Shown: positions 7,599 through 15,641 of the stretch, piece after piece
How the letters are laid out: each line of letters begins with the position of its first letter
Numbering within the stretch: position 1 is the stretch's first letter
Source: Paludibacteraceae bacterium
GTDB taxonomy: Bacteria > Bacteroidota > Bacteroidia > Bacteroidales > Paludibacteraceae
Direction of reading: 5' to 3'
Assembly: GCA_045639365.1 (NCBI GenBank)
Contig: JAZUCY010000010.1
Span: 20,615-84,614 of the forward strand
Length of the DNA: 64,000 nucleotides
The notes under the pieces: generated by a model
The model's input: only the letters and a program-made list of their open reading frames with translations
The model's database searches: none
What the model was told of the DNA's origin: nothing
Position numbers and translations under genes: made by a program

Positions 7599-9950
7599 AT
7601 GAAAAAGTTATTATTACTCCATTTATTCATCTTAGCAACGTCAAGCCTATTCGCTATTAAGCATATCGACACATCCGAAGAGAATTGGACGTACGGCAAT
7701 ATGCACCTATGGCGCGCTCACTCAGCTTATTCTATCATAGATGAAGTGGCAGTGATGAAGGAAAAAGTGTTTGCCCTATCCAACCATTCGCTCTTTGCCG
7801 TGGACAAACGGTCTGAGGAACTTTCCTATTACAGCCGCTTGACAGGCTTAAACGGTGCGGTCATATCCACTATCGGGTACAATCCTGCGCTCAACTTGCT
7901 CTTAGTATGCTATGAAAATGGACAGTTGGATGTCATCAATGCCAAAGACGAGATAGAGAATATCCCCGACTTGTACCTCAAACAAGCCAATTTCTCCAAG
8001 ATCGTGAATAACATCTGTATGCACGAAAACACCGCCTACCTCGCTATGGGCTTTGGTATTCTCGTACTGGACATGAAAAAACGAGAGATTAAAGATACCT
8101 ACATTATTGGTAAAGATGCCTCGGAGGTGAACATCAAGGACATCACCATTTTAGGTGATAGTATCTACGCCGTTTCACCCCAGCACCTGTATTCCGCAGC
8201 GCTATCAGATCCACTTTCAGACTATGCCTATTGGCAGACACAATCACTACCCAATGGCAAAGAAGTGACGGCTCTGTGTGCGCACGAAGAACAATTATAC
8301 ATTATCCGCGATGCCGTATTATGGTCGCGCAACGGGGGGCAATGGCACAAACATAGCACAACATTCGCTGCAAAAGACCTTTGTCAAACCAATCAGGAAC
8401 TTTTTATCTTGCCTAAAGACAAAGATGGTGTAGCAATTGTTGGCACAGATTTATCACTGCAATGGCAAGAAATGGGAATTATATCAGATATTCAGTCAGA
8501 CGGCAATTCCCTTTGGTTTGCGCTAGATAAATATGGACTGATGAGAGGAAGCGATAGACAAACGTTTCTACCTGATGGACCTATCAATAATATTGCCTAC
8601 CGTATGCGCTTCTTTGGCGACCGCCTGTATATCGTACCTGGTGGCAGATGGGCGACTCAAAATAATACACCAGGCGATATTATGTACTACGAGAATGGCA
8701 GCTGGACAAACATCTCCAACGCTCAACTCAATGAGGCTACTGGTACAACCATCTTAGACCTGATGAATGTGGCACAAGACCCCAAGGATCCTGACCACTA
8801 TTTTGTCACCAGTTATGGATTGGGCTTATTGGAGATGCACGATACTACGGTAGTCAAACTCCACAATCATACCAATAGCCAGTTGAAATCGGCAGCACCC
8901 AACAACCCTCTTCGTGCGGGATTCTATGTTCGCACCGATGGGGCTATGTTTGATGAGCAAGGTTACTTATGGGTGATAAACACCGAAGTTGATAAGAATC
9001 TACACATCATGGATGCAAATGGCAACACTTTGGCTGCATACAATCTGGAGAGCAACAGCGGTCGCATTCAATTGTACACGCCTGGAGAAATCATGGTGGA
9101 TAAAAGAAATACACAGTGGAAATGGATTCCTATTTGTCGTGCAAACAACGGAATTGCCGCGGGATTACTCCTGCTACAAGACAATGGTACTCCTCTCAAT
9201 CCTATAGACGACAAGGTTATTTATAAATCCGAATGGTATGACCAAAATGGCAAACCTGTCGCGCCCGAGAGTATCTATTGCATGACCCAAGACCGTGATA
9301 ACACCATGTGGGTAGGTACTAATAAGGGACTCTTTCTGATTCCTGCCACAATAGATTTTACCACTTCTAACCGATGCGAACGAGTAATCATTGGTCGCAA
9401 TGATGGTACACAATTAGGAGATTATTTGCTCGAAAACGAACAAATCAATAGCATTGTGGTGGACGGTGGTAATCGCAAATGGATAGGAACGGCATCTTCC
9501 GGTGTGTTTTTACTATCACCTAACGGCGAAGAAACAATAGAGCATTTCACTTCCGAAAATTCTCCGCTTCCGAGTAACAATGTCTTGTCAATTGCTATTC
9601 AAGAATCTACTGGTGAAGTATTCTTCGGTACAGGTCAGGGATTGGTATCCTATATGAGTGATGCTATCGAACCCGCTACTGATTTTAACGAAATCTACGC
9701 CTATCCTAATCCTGTGCACCCAAACTACAAAGGATTAATCACCATACGAGGATTGATGTTAAATACCCAAGTACGTATCGTAGATGCCAATGGCAATCTT
9801 GTCGCTAATATCCCAAGCAATGGTGGAGAAGCGGTTTGGGATATGACCAACGCGCAGGGCAGCAGAGTAGCATCGGGTATATATACGGCACTATGCAACA
9901 CCCAAGATGGTGCTGCCCATAGTACGGTAAAAATAATGGTAATGAACTAA
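7599..9950 (+). CDS. porZ: PorZ-like T9SS component: double beta-propeller (two-component-regulator propeller repeats) with a C-terminal T9SS sorting domain
   Basis: 783 aa with a signal peptide. It has repeated Reg_prop-like motifs (NTMWVGTNKGLFLI, NRKWIGTASSGVFLL, STGEVFFGTGQGLVSY). The C-terminus YAYPNPVHPN...VRIVDANGNLV...GIYTALC...VKIMVMN looks like a type A CTD. Size and architecture match PorZ as I remember it. Confidence 0.55.
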   Translation: MKKLLLLHLFILATSSLFAIKHIDTSEENWTYGNMHLWRAHSAYSIIDEVAVMKEKVFALSNHSLFAVDKRSEELSYYSRLTGLNGAVISTIGYNPALNLLLVCYENGQLDVINAKDEIENIPDLYLKQANFSKIVNNICMHENTAYLAMGFGILVLDMKKREIKDTYIIGKDASEVNIKDITILGDSIYAVSPQHLYSAALSDPLSDYAYWQTQSLPNGKEVTALCAHEEQLYIIRDAVLWSRNGGQWHKHSTTFAAKDLCQTNQELFILPKDKDGVAIVGTDLSLQWQEMGIISDIQSDGNSLWFALDKYGLMRGSDRQTFLPDGPINNIAYRMRFFGDRLYIVPGGRWATQNNTPGDIMYYENGSWTNISNAQLNEATGTTILDLMNVAQDPKDPDHYFVTSYGLGLLEMHDTTVVKLHNHTNSQLKSAAPNNPLRAGFYVRTDGAMFDEQGYLWVINTEVDKNLHIMDANGNTLAAYNLESNSGRIQLYTPGEIMVDKRNTQWKWIPICRANNGIAAGLLLLQDNGTPLNPIDDKVIYKSEWYDQNGKPVAPESIYCMTQDRDNTMWVGTNKGLFLIPATIDFTTSNRCERVIIGRNDGTQLGDYLLENEQINSIVVDGGNRKWIGTASSGVFLLSPNGEETIEHFTSENSPLPSNNVLSIAIQESTGEVFFGTGQGLVSYMSDAIEPATDFNEIYAYPNPVHPNYKGLITIRGLMLNTQVRIVDANGNLVANIPSNGGEAVWDMTNAQGSRVASGIYTALCNTQDGAAHSTVKIMVMN

Positions 9951-9959
9951 TCGGTTTGT

Positions 9960-10541
9960 TTATCCGCGAATAAGGTTCATAAACTCTTCGCGTGTTTCTG
10001 GGCGATTGAATGCGCCTGTGAAGTCGCTGGTGGTGGTTACTGCACCTGATTTCTGTACTCCGCGCATTTGCATGCATAGGTGTTGTGCTTCTATCACTAC
10101 CATTACGCCCAAGGGGTTCAGCGTGTTCTGAATACACTCTTTGATTTGTGTTGTCATGCGTTCTTGCACTTGCAGTCGGCGGGCGAAGACGTCCACCACA
10201 CGCGCCACTTTGCTCAGTCCTGTGATTTTGCCATTGGGAATGTATGCTACATGCGCTTTGCCAAAGAAAGGCAGCAGATGGTGCTCGCATAGGGAGTAGA
10301 AGGGTATATCTTTCACCACTACCATTTGGCGATAATCTTCTTCAAATAGTGCCGAGCGCAGGATTGCTTCGGGGTCTTGCTGATAGCCTTGAGTGAGAAA
10401 TTGCATAGCTTTGCCCACGCGTTCGGGTGTGCATTGCAGACCTTCGCGCTCTGGGTCTTCGCCTATATGCTGTAGCAGTTCCACTACGTGCGGAGCTATG
10501 GCTTCTGTAGTCTCTGGATTAGGAACGAATATATCAGTCAT
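9960..10541 (-). CDS. folE: GTP cyclohydrolase I FolE
   Basis: 193 aa with the motif [31 protein letters not shown]. Confidence 0.95.
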   Translation of the reverse strand: MTDIFVPNPETTEAIAPHVVELLQHIGEDPEREGLQCTPERVGKAMQFLTQGYQQDPEAILRSALFEEDYRQMVVVKDIPFYSLCEHHLLPFFGKAHVAYIPNGKITGLSKVARVVDVFARRLQVQERMTTQIKECIQNTLNPLGVMVVIEAQHLCMQMRGVQKSGAVTTTSDFTGAFNRPETREEFMNLIRG

Positions 10542-11038
10542 CGTATTATAATTATCTTATCGGGTACTATATAGGTGCTGCCTGTCAATTCTGGGAATAG
10601 TTCCAATAGGGTAGCTTTGTAGGTGTTTGCCTCTTCGCGGTTAAGGAAGTTGCCTATTCTCACTTTCCAGAACGGAGGTTCAGATAGTGTATAGACGGGC
10701 ACATCTATCTGCGTTTCGATGCGTTGGTGTAGTTCAAAAGCCTCTTGTTTGGCTTTTTGCTGTGCGTTCGAGGCGTATATTTGGACTCTGAAGCCGTCTA
10801 TTACTTGTTCTCCGCGGGTATAGCCTAATCGTTTGTCACGCATGAGTTGTGTCACCAATGAATCCTGATGCACTACTGCGTGTGCCATATCTTCTATTAT
10901 CAGTGGCACGCTTAGCGAATCTATAGTGCTTATAGCTTCTATAGTACCTGCTTGTTCTGCTTGCTCCATTGGCTCTTGAGCCACTCCCACAGCTCCGAGC
11001 CACCATATCATGCTTAGTATTAATATTCCTTTTTTCAT
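10538..11038 (-). CDS. SPOR domain-containing protein
   Basis: 166 aa with a signal peptide. The C-terminal [19 protein letters not shown]...[19 protein letters not shown] is SPOR-like. It has a 4-nt ATGA overlap with folE. Confidence 0.75.
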   Translation of the reverse strand: MKKGILILSMIWWLGAVGVAQEPMEQAEQAGTIEAISTIDSLSVPLIIEDMAHAVVHQDSLVTQLMRDKRLGYTRGEQVIDGFRVQIYASNAQQKAKQEAFELHQRIETQIDVPVYTLSEPPFWKVRIGNFLNREEANTYKATLLELFPELTGSTYIVPDKIIIIR

Positions 11039-11087
11039 ATCTTTGTCTTTAAACTCTCGCTATAGTCCATAACCTATAGCCCATCTC

Positions 11088-12773
11088 CTAATACCTAAAC
11101 GAACTACCTCCCACGAACTCGCGCAAGAACGATGTAGGTGGTATCTCGCGTTCTGGGATTGACTCAAAGTAGCTTAGGTACTTCTTCAGTCTATGTGCTG
11201 TGGTGTATTCGTCGCAGTATTTGGGCACTTCATCTAAGATTGGTTCTGCGTGTCGTTTTAGTACGGCGAGTTCGAAGAGCAGTGCTGAGTTGAACATCAC
11301 ATCGGCTTCTTCTTGGAATGGTGCTATCCATCTTTCTTCGCCGCGTTGTACGCTGTCGAGTCGCGCAATTGTCTCCCGCGCGGAGTATCCGCGATAGCGG
11401 TAGTCGCGCACGATACGACGAATCAGACGCACATCGCTCGTAGGTATCCAGTTGTGGTTGTCCAAATTGACGGTTGTGAGCGAACTCACGTAAATCTTGA
11501 ATGTCGTTTCGCGTGGGATATTCGGTATCAGCTCTGGGTTCAGCGCATGCAGTCCTTCCAGGATAACGACTGTGTCTTGTTCCAGTCGAAGCATATCACC
11601 TCGGTACTCGCGTTTGCCTGTCTCAAAGTTGTAGAATGGCAGCGACACGGTTTTTCCTTCTGATAGGTCAGCCAGTTGTTGGCGGAATAGTGGTAAGTCC
11701 AGCGTATGTAGGTTCTCAAAATCCCATTCGCCATTCTCATCGCGTGGTGTATCTTCGCGGTTGACGAAGTAGTTGTCCATGGAGATGACCACAGGGCGAA
11801 TACCATTGACCATCAGTTGTATGGTCAGACGTTTGGAGAATGTCGTTTTGCCAGACGAACTAGGACCTGAGATAAGTACGAATTTTGGTATTCCACTTTC
11901 TCGATGTGCTATTTGGTCGGCTATTTGTGCCACTTTCTTTTCGTGCAATGCCTCTGAGAGTTTGATCATCTCAAAGCTCTTTTGGTTTTTGCAAGCTTTG
12001 TTAAATTCGCCGACATTGCTGATGTGTATCAGTTTGTTCCACCCTCTATATTCTTTGAATATCTCGAATCGTTTGTTTTGCACACATTTCTCTTCCAGTT
12101 TGTTTGGGTCGCGACGACAGGGGATACGTAGTAGGATATTGTCGTGATACATTTCCACGTCAAACAGGTTGATGTATCCTGTAGATGGCATTAGTGCGCC
12201 GGTGTAGTAGTCTATATAGTCGCCCATGCGGTAGTATCGGCAGTAGGGGTTGCCTAATGTTTCGAATAGTGTCACTTCGCCTTCGTTGCGTTCGCCGAAT
12301 AGGCGTATTACTTCTTTTGTTTGTCTCTCTTCGGTGATGATGGGTCGATCTTCCGCAATGATGGCTTGCATGCGTTCTTTGAGTTGTTCTACTATTGCTG
12401 GGGTGATCGTTTTTGCTGTATCTCTTGATTCGCGTATGGTGCAGTAGAATCCTTTGCTGATGGGGTGTTCTATGCGCAGGTCGCAGTCGGACCATAGTTC
12501 GCGCACGGCGCAAGCCATCACCATGCTCAATGTACGGATATAGCAGCGTGCACCGCTTTCGCTGGTCGCATCGATAAATTCGATGTCTTTGGGTTTATAT
12601 ATCAAGAAGTTGAGGTTTTGCACTTTGTAGTTCACTCGTGCGGCTATGATAGGGTAGCGGATGTCGAGTGTAGGACGCAGTTGGTCGTATAGCTCCTTGA
12701 TAGAGGTACCACAAGGGATTTGAACAAACTGTTTGTTGTTCTTGCAATAGATGGTGACTAAGTTTGCTGCCAT
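11088..12773 (-). CDS. TGS-like domain plus uridine/nucleoside kinase family protein
   Basis: 561 aa. It has the P-loop ISGPSSSGKTTFSKRL and the uridine-kinase-like stretch VVILEGLHALNPEL, with an N-terminal TGS-like region. Confidence 0.75.
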   Translation of the reverse strand: MAANLVTIYCKNNKQFVQIPCGTSIKELYDQLRPTLDIRYPIIAARVNYKVQNLNFLIYKPKDIEFIDATSESGARCYIRTLSMVMACAVRELWSDCDLRIEHPISKGFYCTIRESRDTAKTITPAIVEQLKERMQAIIAEDRPIITEERQTKEVIRLFGERNEGEVTLFETLGNPYCRYYRMGDYIDYYTGALMPSTGYINLFDVEMYHDNILLRIPCRRDPNKLEEKCVQNKRFEIFKEYRGWNKLIHISNVGEFNKACKNQKSFEMIKLSEALHEKKVAQIADQIAHRESGIPKFVLISGPSSSGKTTFSKRLTIQLMVNGIRPVVISMDNYFVNREDTPRDENGEWDFENLHTLDLPLFRQQLADLSEGKTVSLPFYNFETGKREYRGDMLRLEQDTVVILEGLHALNPELIPNIPRETTFKIYVSSLTTVNLDNHNWIPTSDVRLIRRIVRDYRYRGYSARETIARLDSVQRGEERWIAPFQEEADVMFNSALLFELAVLKRHAEPILDEVPKYCDEYTTAHRLKKYLSYFESIPEREIPPTSFLREFVGGSSFRY

Positions 12774-13132
12774 TATTGTGTTTTTTTTGAAGTTTACCTA
12801 TGGTCTCAGTATTGAGTGATTGACAGATAAATATTATTTCCGCCACAAAGGTACTAAAAATCCCTGATATACGCAAGCCCTTGCTTCAAAAACCGCAAAA
12901 TTATTGTTTTTTGTTTTGTCCACCAATAGATGTGTTTTGAGTTTTGTGTTCATCTGTGCTCTTCTGTGGTGGGTCAATCTCCCGCGCAGTGATTTTTACA
13001 ACCAAATGCACAAAGCCTACGAAACCTCCTTTCGATTATAAAATCACTCCCACAAGCACATTCGTGCATTGTTTATAATTGTCTTTTTGATTATCTATAA
13101 TTGTCTTCAAAAAATGCCCGCTTTGACTTCTA

Positions 13133-13291
13133 AATCCAGCGGAATTTGGGTGAAAAGTGTCTAAATCCGCTGAATAAGCGCAGTTAATCCAGCGGAATTT
13201 GGGTAAAAAGTGTCTAAATCCGCTGAATAAGCGTAGTTAATCCAGCGGAATTTGGGTAAAAAGTATATAAATCCGCTGAATAAGCGGTTTT
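13133..13291. repeat. 3 x 53-bp tandem repeat ending at the ATPase promoter
   Basis: Units start at 13133, 13186 and 13239 and have 2-5 mismatches between them. Each unit contains an imperfect inverted pair, ATCCAGCGGAATTT ... AAATCCGCTGAAT. A further half-site GGCGGATTT lies at 13298-13306. Confidence 0.9.
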
Positions 13292-13317
13292 TATTTGGCG
13301 GATTTGAATATTTTTTG

Positions 13318-13325
13318 TACCTTTG
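13318..13325 (+). promoter_or_regulatory. -7 promoter box TACCTTTG upstream of the ATPase gene
   Basis: TAnnTTTG match 26 nt upstream of the ATG at 13351. Confidence 0.6.
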
Positions 13326-13350
13326 CAGCCAAATTAAGAATCTTACTTTT

Positions 13351-14793
13351 ATGAAAATCAAGGGTAGAGAAAATGAAATTGCTCTTTTGGAGCAGTTGTA
13401 TGAGAGTAAACGCTCAGAATTTGTTGTTGTATATGGTCGTAGACGTGTAGGAAAAACATATCTTGTGAGCGAATTGTTTCAATCACGTTTTGCTTTTTAT
13501 CATACTGGATTGTCTCCGATTCAACAAGATACGAAGAGTATCTTATACGAACAACTTCATGCTTTCTATATTACCTTACGTTCATTTGGTTTGGATATAA
13601 CTATTCCTCAACCTCAAAATTGGTTGGATGCATTCGAATTGCTAAAGTCATTGCTAATACAGAAGAGAGACGGAAAACGGCAAGTTGTTTTTATCGATGA
13701 GATGCCATGGTTAGATACTCCTCGTTCAAGTTTTATGACCGCTTTTGAACATTTCTGGAATGGGTGGGGGGCGCGCCAGGAAGATCTTATGCTTATTGTT
13801 TGTGGCTCAGCTACTTCTTGGATGAAACAAACGCTTATAAACAACAAAGGTGGTTTATATAATCGCATCACGCGCGAGATAAAGGTTCAGCCATTCACAC
13901 TATATGAAACAGAGCAGTTGTTGCTTGAGAATGGTATCAAATGGAGTCGTTTTGATATAGCTCAATTCTATATGATTGCTGGAGGTATTCCACAATATAT
14001 CAATTTTGTTCAGCCTAAGCAGAGTTTACCACAGGCTGTAGATTCTGTTTTCTTTGCAGATCAAGCTCCACTTAAACAGGAGTTTGAACGTTTGTTTGCA
14101 TCACTATTTAGTAATGCTGATGAATATATAAAAGTCATACGGTTAATAGGTAAAACACATTTGGGACTTACGCGCAAAGAACTGTTGGAGAAACTCAAGA
14201 AGAAAGATGGTGGCACTTTCTCTACTATTCTTAAGAATCTTGTGATGAGTGATTTTTTGCTTCCTTATACCTCTTTCACTGCTAATAAATGGCAAGAACG
14301 CTACAAATTGATTGATCCTTTCTGCCGTTTCTATTTGACATTTATGGAGAGAAAAAATCAACAAACTGATTTTTGGCAGCAAAATGCTACATCAGCTCAA
14401 ACCAATGCTTGGAGAGGAAATGCCTTTGAAGAACTTTGTTTTAATCATGTTCCTCAAATCAAAGATGCTTTAGGAATACCTCAAGTAAGTACAACCATTT
14501 CAAAATGGACTTTACAAGGAACAGCTACTACCACTAAAGGTTCGCAAATAGATATGGTTATTGATCGTGCAGATAACGTTGTTGACCTATGTGAAATGAA
14601 ATTCTCAAATACTCAATTCACCATTGACAAGAGTTATGATTTAACGCTACGTGAGCGTTTGCAACTATTGTCAGAACAACTACCAAAACGCAAAATACCA
14701 CATCTTGTTTTTATTACTTCTTTTGGTATAAAGCAGAATGAATATGCAGGGATTGTACAAGATAATATTACTCTTGACGATTTATTTAATTAG
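13351..14793 (+). CDS. AAA-type ATP-binding protein (archaeal-ATPase/DUF234-like) with a C-terminal PD-(D/E)xK-like motif
   Basis: Walker A GRRRVGKTYL and Walker B VVFIDEMPW. The C-terminal IDMVIDRADNVVDLCEMKF looks like a D...E.K nuclease-fold motif. The start was moved to MKIKGRENEI, downstream of the promoter box. The gene is visibly AT-richer than its neighbours. Confidence 0.75.
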   Translation: MKIKGRENEIALLEQLYESKRSEFVVVYGRRRVGKTYLVSELFQSRFAFYHTGLSPIQQDTKSILYEQLHAFYITLRSFGLDITIPQPQNWLDAFELLKSLLIQKRDGKRQVVFIDEMPWLDTPRSSFMTAFEHFWNGWGARQEDLMLIVCGSATSWMKQTLINNKGGLYNRITREIKVQPFTLYETEQLLLENGIKWSRFDIAQFYMIAGGIPQYINFVQPKQSLPQAVDSVFFADQAPLKQEFERLFASLFSNADEYIKVIRLIGKTHLGLTRKELLEKLKKKDGGTFSTILKNLVMSDFLLPYTSFTANKWQERYKLIDPFCRFYLTFMERKNQQTDFWQQNATSAQTNAWRGNAFEELCFNHVPQIKDALGIPQVSTTISKWTLQGTATTTKGSQIDMVIDRADNVVDLCEMKFSNTQFTIDKSYDLTLRERLQLLSEQLPKRKIPHLVFITSFGIKQNEYAGIVQDNITLDDLFN

Positions 14794-14926
14794 CCACCAG
14801 AATACCTTCATTAACGTGGGGTCAAGGTCAGATAGCAGCTTTTCCCGTTACCATTCCGTTACCACTCCATAATCTTACGATACTTTGCTGCTACTTTCGC
14901 GAGCTTTAGTCCCTTTGGTATAAATA

Positions 14927-14969
14927 ACAACAACCACCGTTGCAGTGTTGCAATGGTGGTTGTTTGGTT
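14927..14969 (-). repeat. orphan copy of the AACAACCACC...GGTGGTTGTT hairpin terminator
   Basis: Nearly identical to 15366-15412 (CAACCACCGTTGCAGTGTTGCAATGGTGGTTG is shared), but no intact ORF precedes it on the minus strand. Confidence 0.7.
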
Positions 14970-15365
14970 AGATAGTACAGCACAGCTTCGTATCCAGCTG
15001 TGCCCAGCAGCATGCCGAAGTGTTTATTTTTCGGTATAATCCCTAAGCACATTGGATAGTGCATACAATGTCATAGGTGTATCTGGATAACAACATGCAA
15101 ATTTTTTCAAAAAGGAAGAGGAATAATGGTATCGTTTTTTCAAAAAGAAAGAGGAAAGAGCGTTTTTATTTATTGTCAGCGTGCTTGAGTCAGTGGAAAA
15201 TTGAAGATTTATACTGGTGGATTTTCATTAGAAGAATTCTTGTCTATTCCGCTACGCACTTTTGTAGAAACATTGAGATAAATTTTAATTATAATCCATG
15301 CAGCGGAATCGTAACGTACATTACGGTAACAGCTGTTACGATTGTAAAAAATCATTATTTATACA

Positions 15366-15412
15366 GACACCAACAACCACCGTTGCAGTGTTGCAATGGT
15401 GGTTGTTGGTTT
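15366..15412 (-). terminator. hairpin terminator after small ORF 15433..15570
   Basis: About 18-bp stem CCAACAACCACCGTTGCA / TGCAATGGTGGTTGTTGG with loop GTGT, about 20 nt after the stop codon of the small ORF. Confidence 0.65.
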
Positions 15413-15432
15413 GATAGTGATGTACGGAGAGA

Positions 15433-15570
15433 TTATTGCATACCGCCTGTTGGGCTACCTGTTGATACTCCAGGATAGATGTCCAAAAATCCCTTATTAT
15501 TCTGCATTATATCTTTTGCAGTACGAAAACTCACAATCTCGGAGTGAGGTGCAATATATACTTTTTTCAT
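15433..15570 (-). CDS. small ORF, 45 aa: MKKVYIAPHSEIVSFRTAKDIMQNNKGFLDIYPGVSTGSPTGGMQ
   Basis: Hand-translated; under 60 aa, so absent from the track. It lies 71 nt downstream of the 1686-aa gene. A paralog sits in the equivalent position after the 1586-aa gene. It has no signal peptide and no Cys. Confidence 0.55.
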   Translation of the reverse strand: MKKVYIAPHSEIVSFRTAKDIMQNNKGFLDIYPGVSTGSPTGGMQ

Positions 15571-15641
15571 ATTCATAACTTTTCTTTGTGACCGCTTGGC
15601 TACTAAAGTATAGTCAGTAGCCTAAGGTGGTCGAGTTTATC

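Noticed and set aside
13133-13291. The 53-bp tandem units as a possible CRISPR array.
   Set aside because: The units are directly contiguous with no unique spacers. There are only three copies, no cas genes are present in the window, and each unit is internally a pair of inverted half-sites. An operator or iteron-like array fits better.
15077-15478. A 133-aa plus-strand ORF in the spacer between the ATPase and the giant gene.
   Set aside because: It reads straight through the conserved terminator hairpin and the 3' end of the minus-strand small ORF. It starts with GTG and has no promoter box. Its sequence is basic low-complexity.
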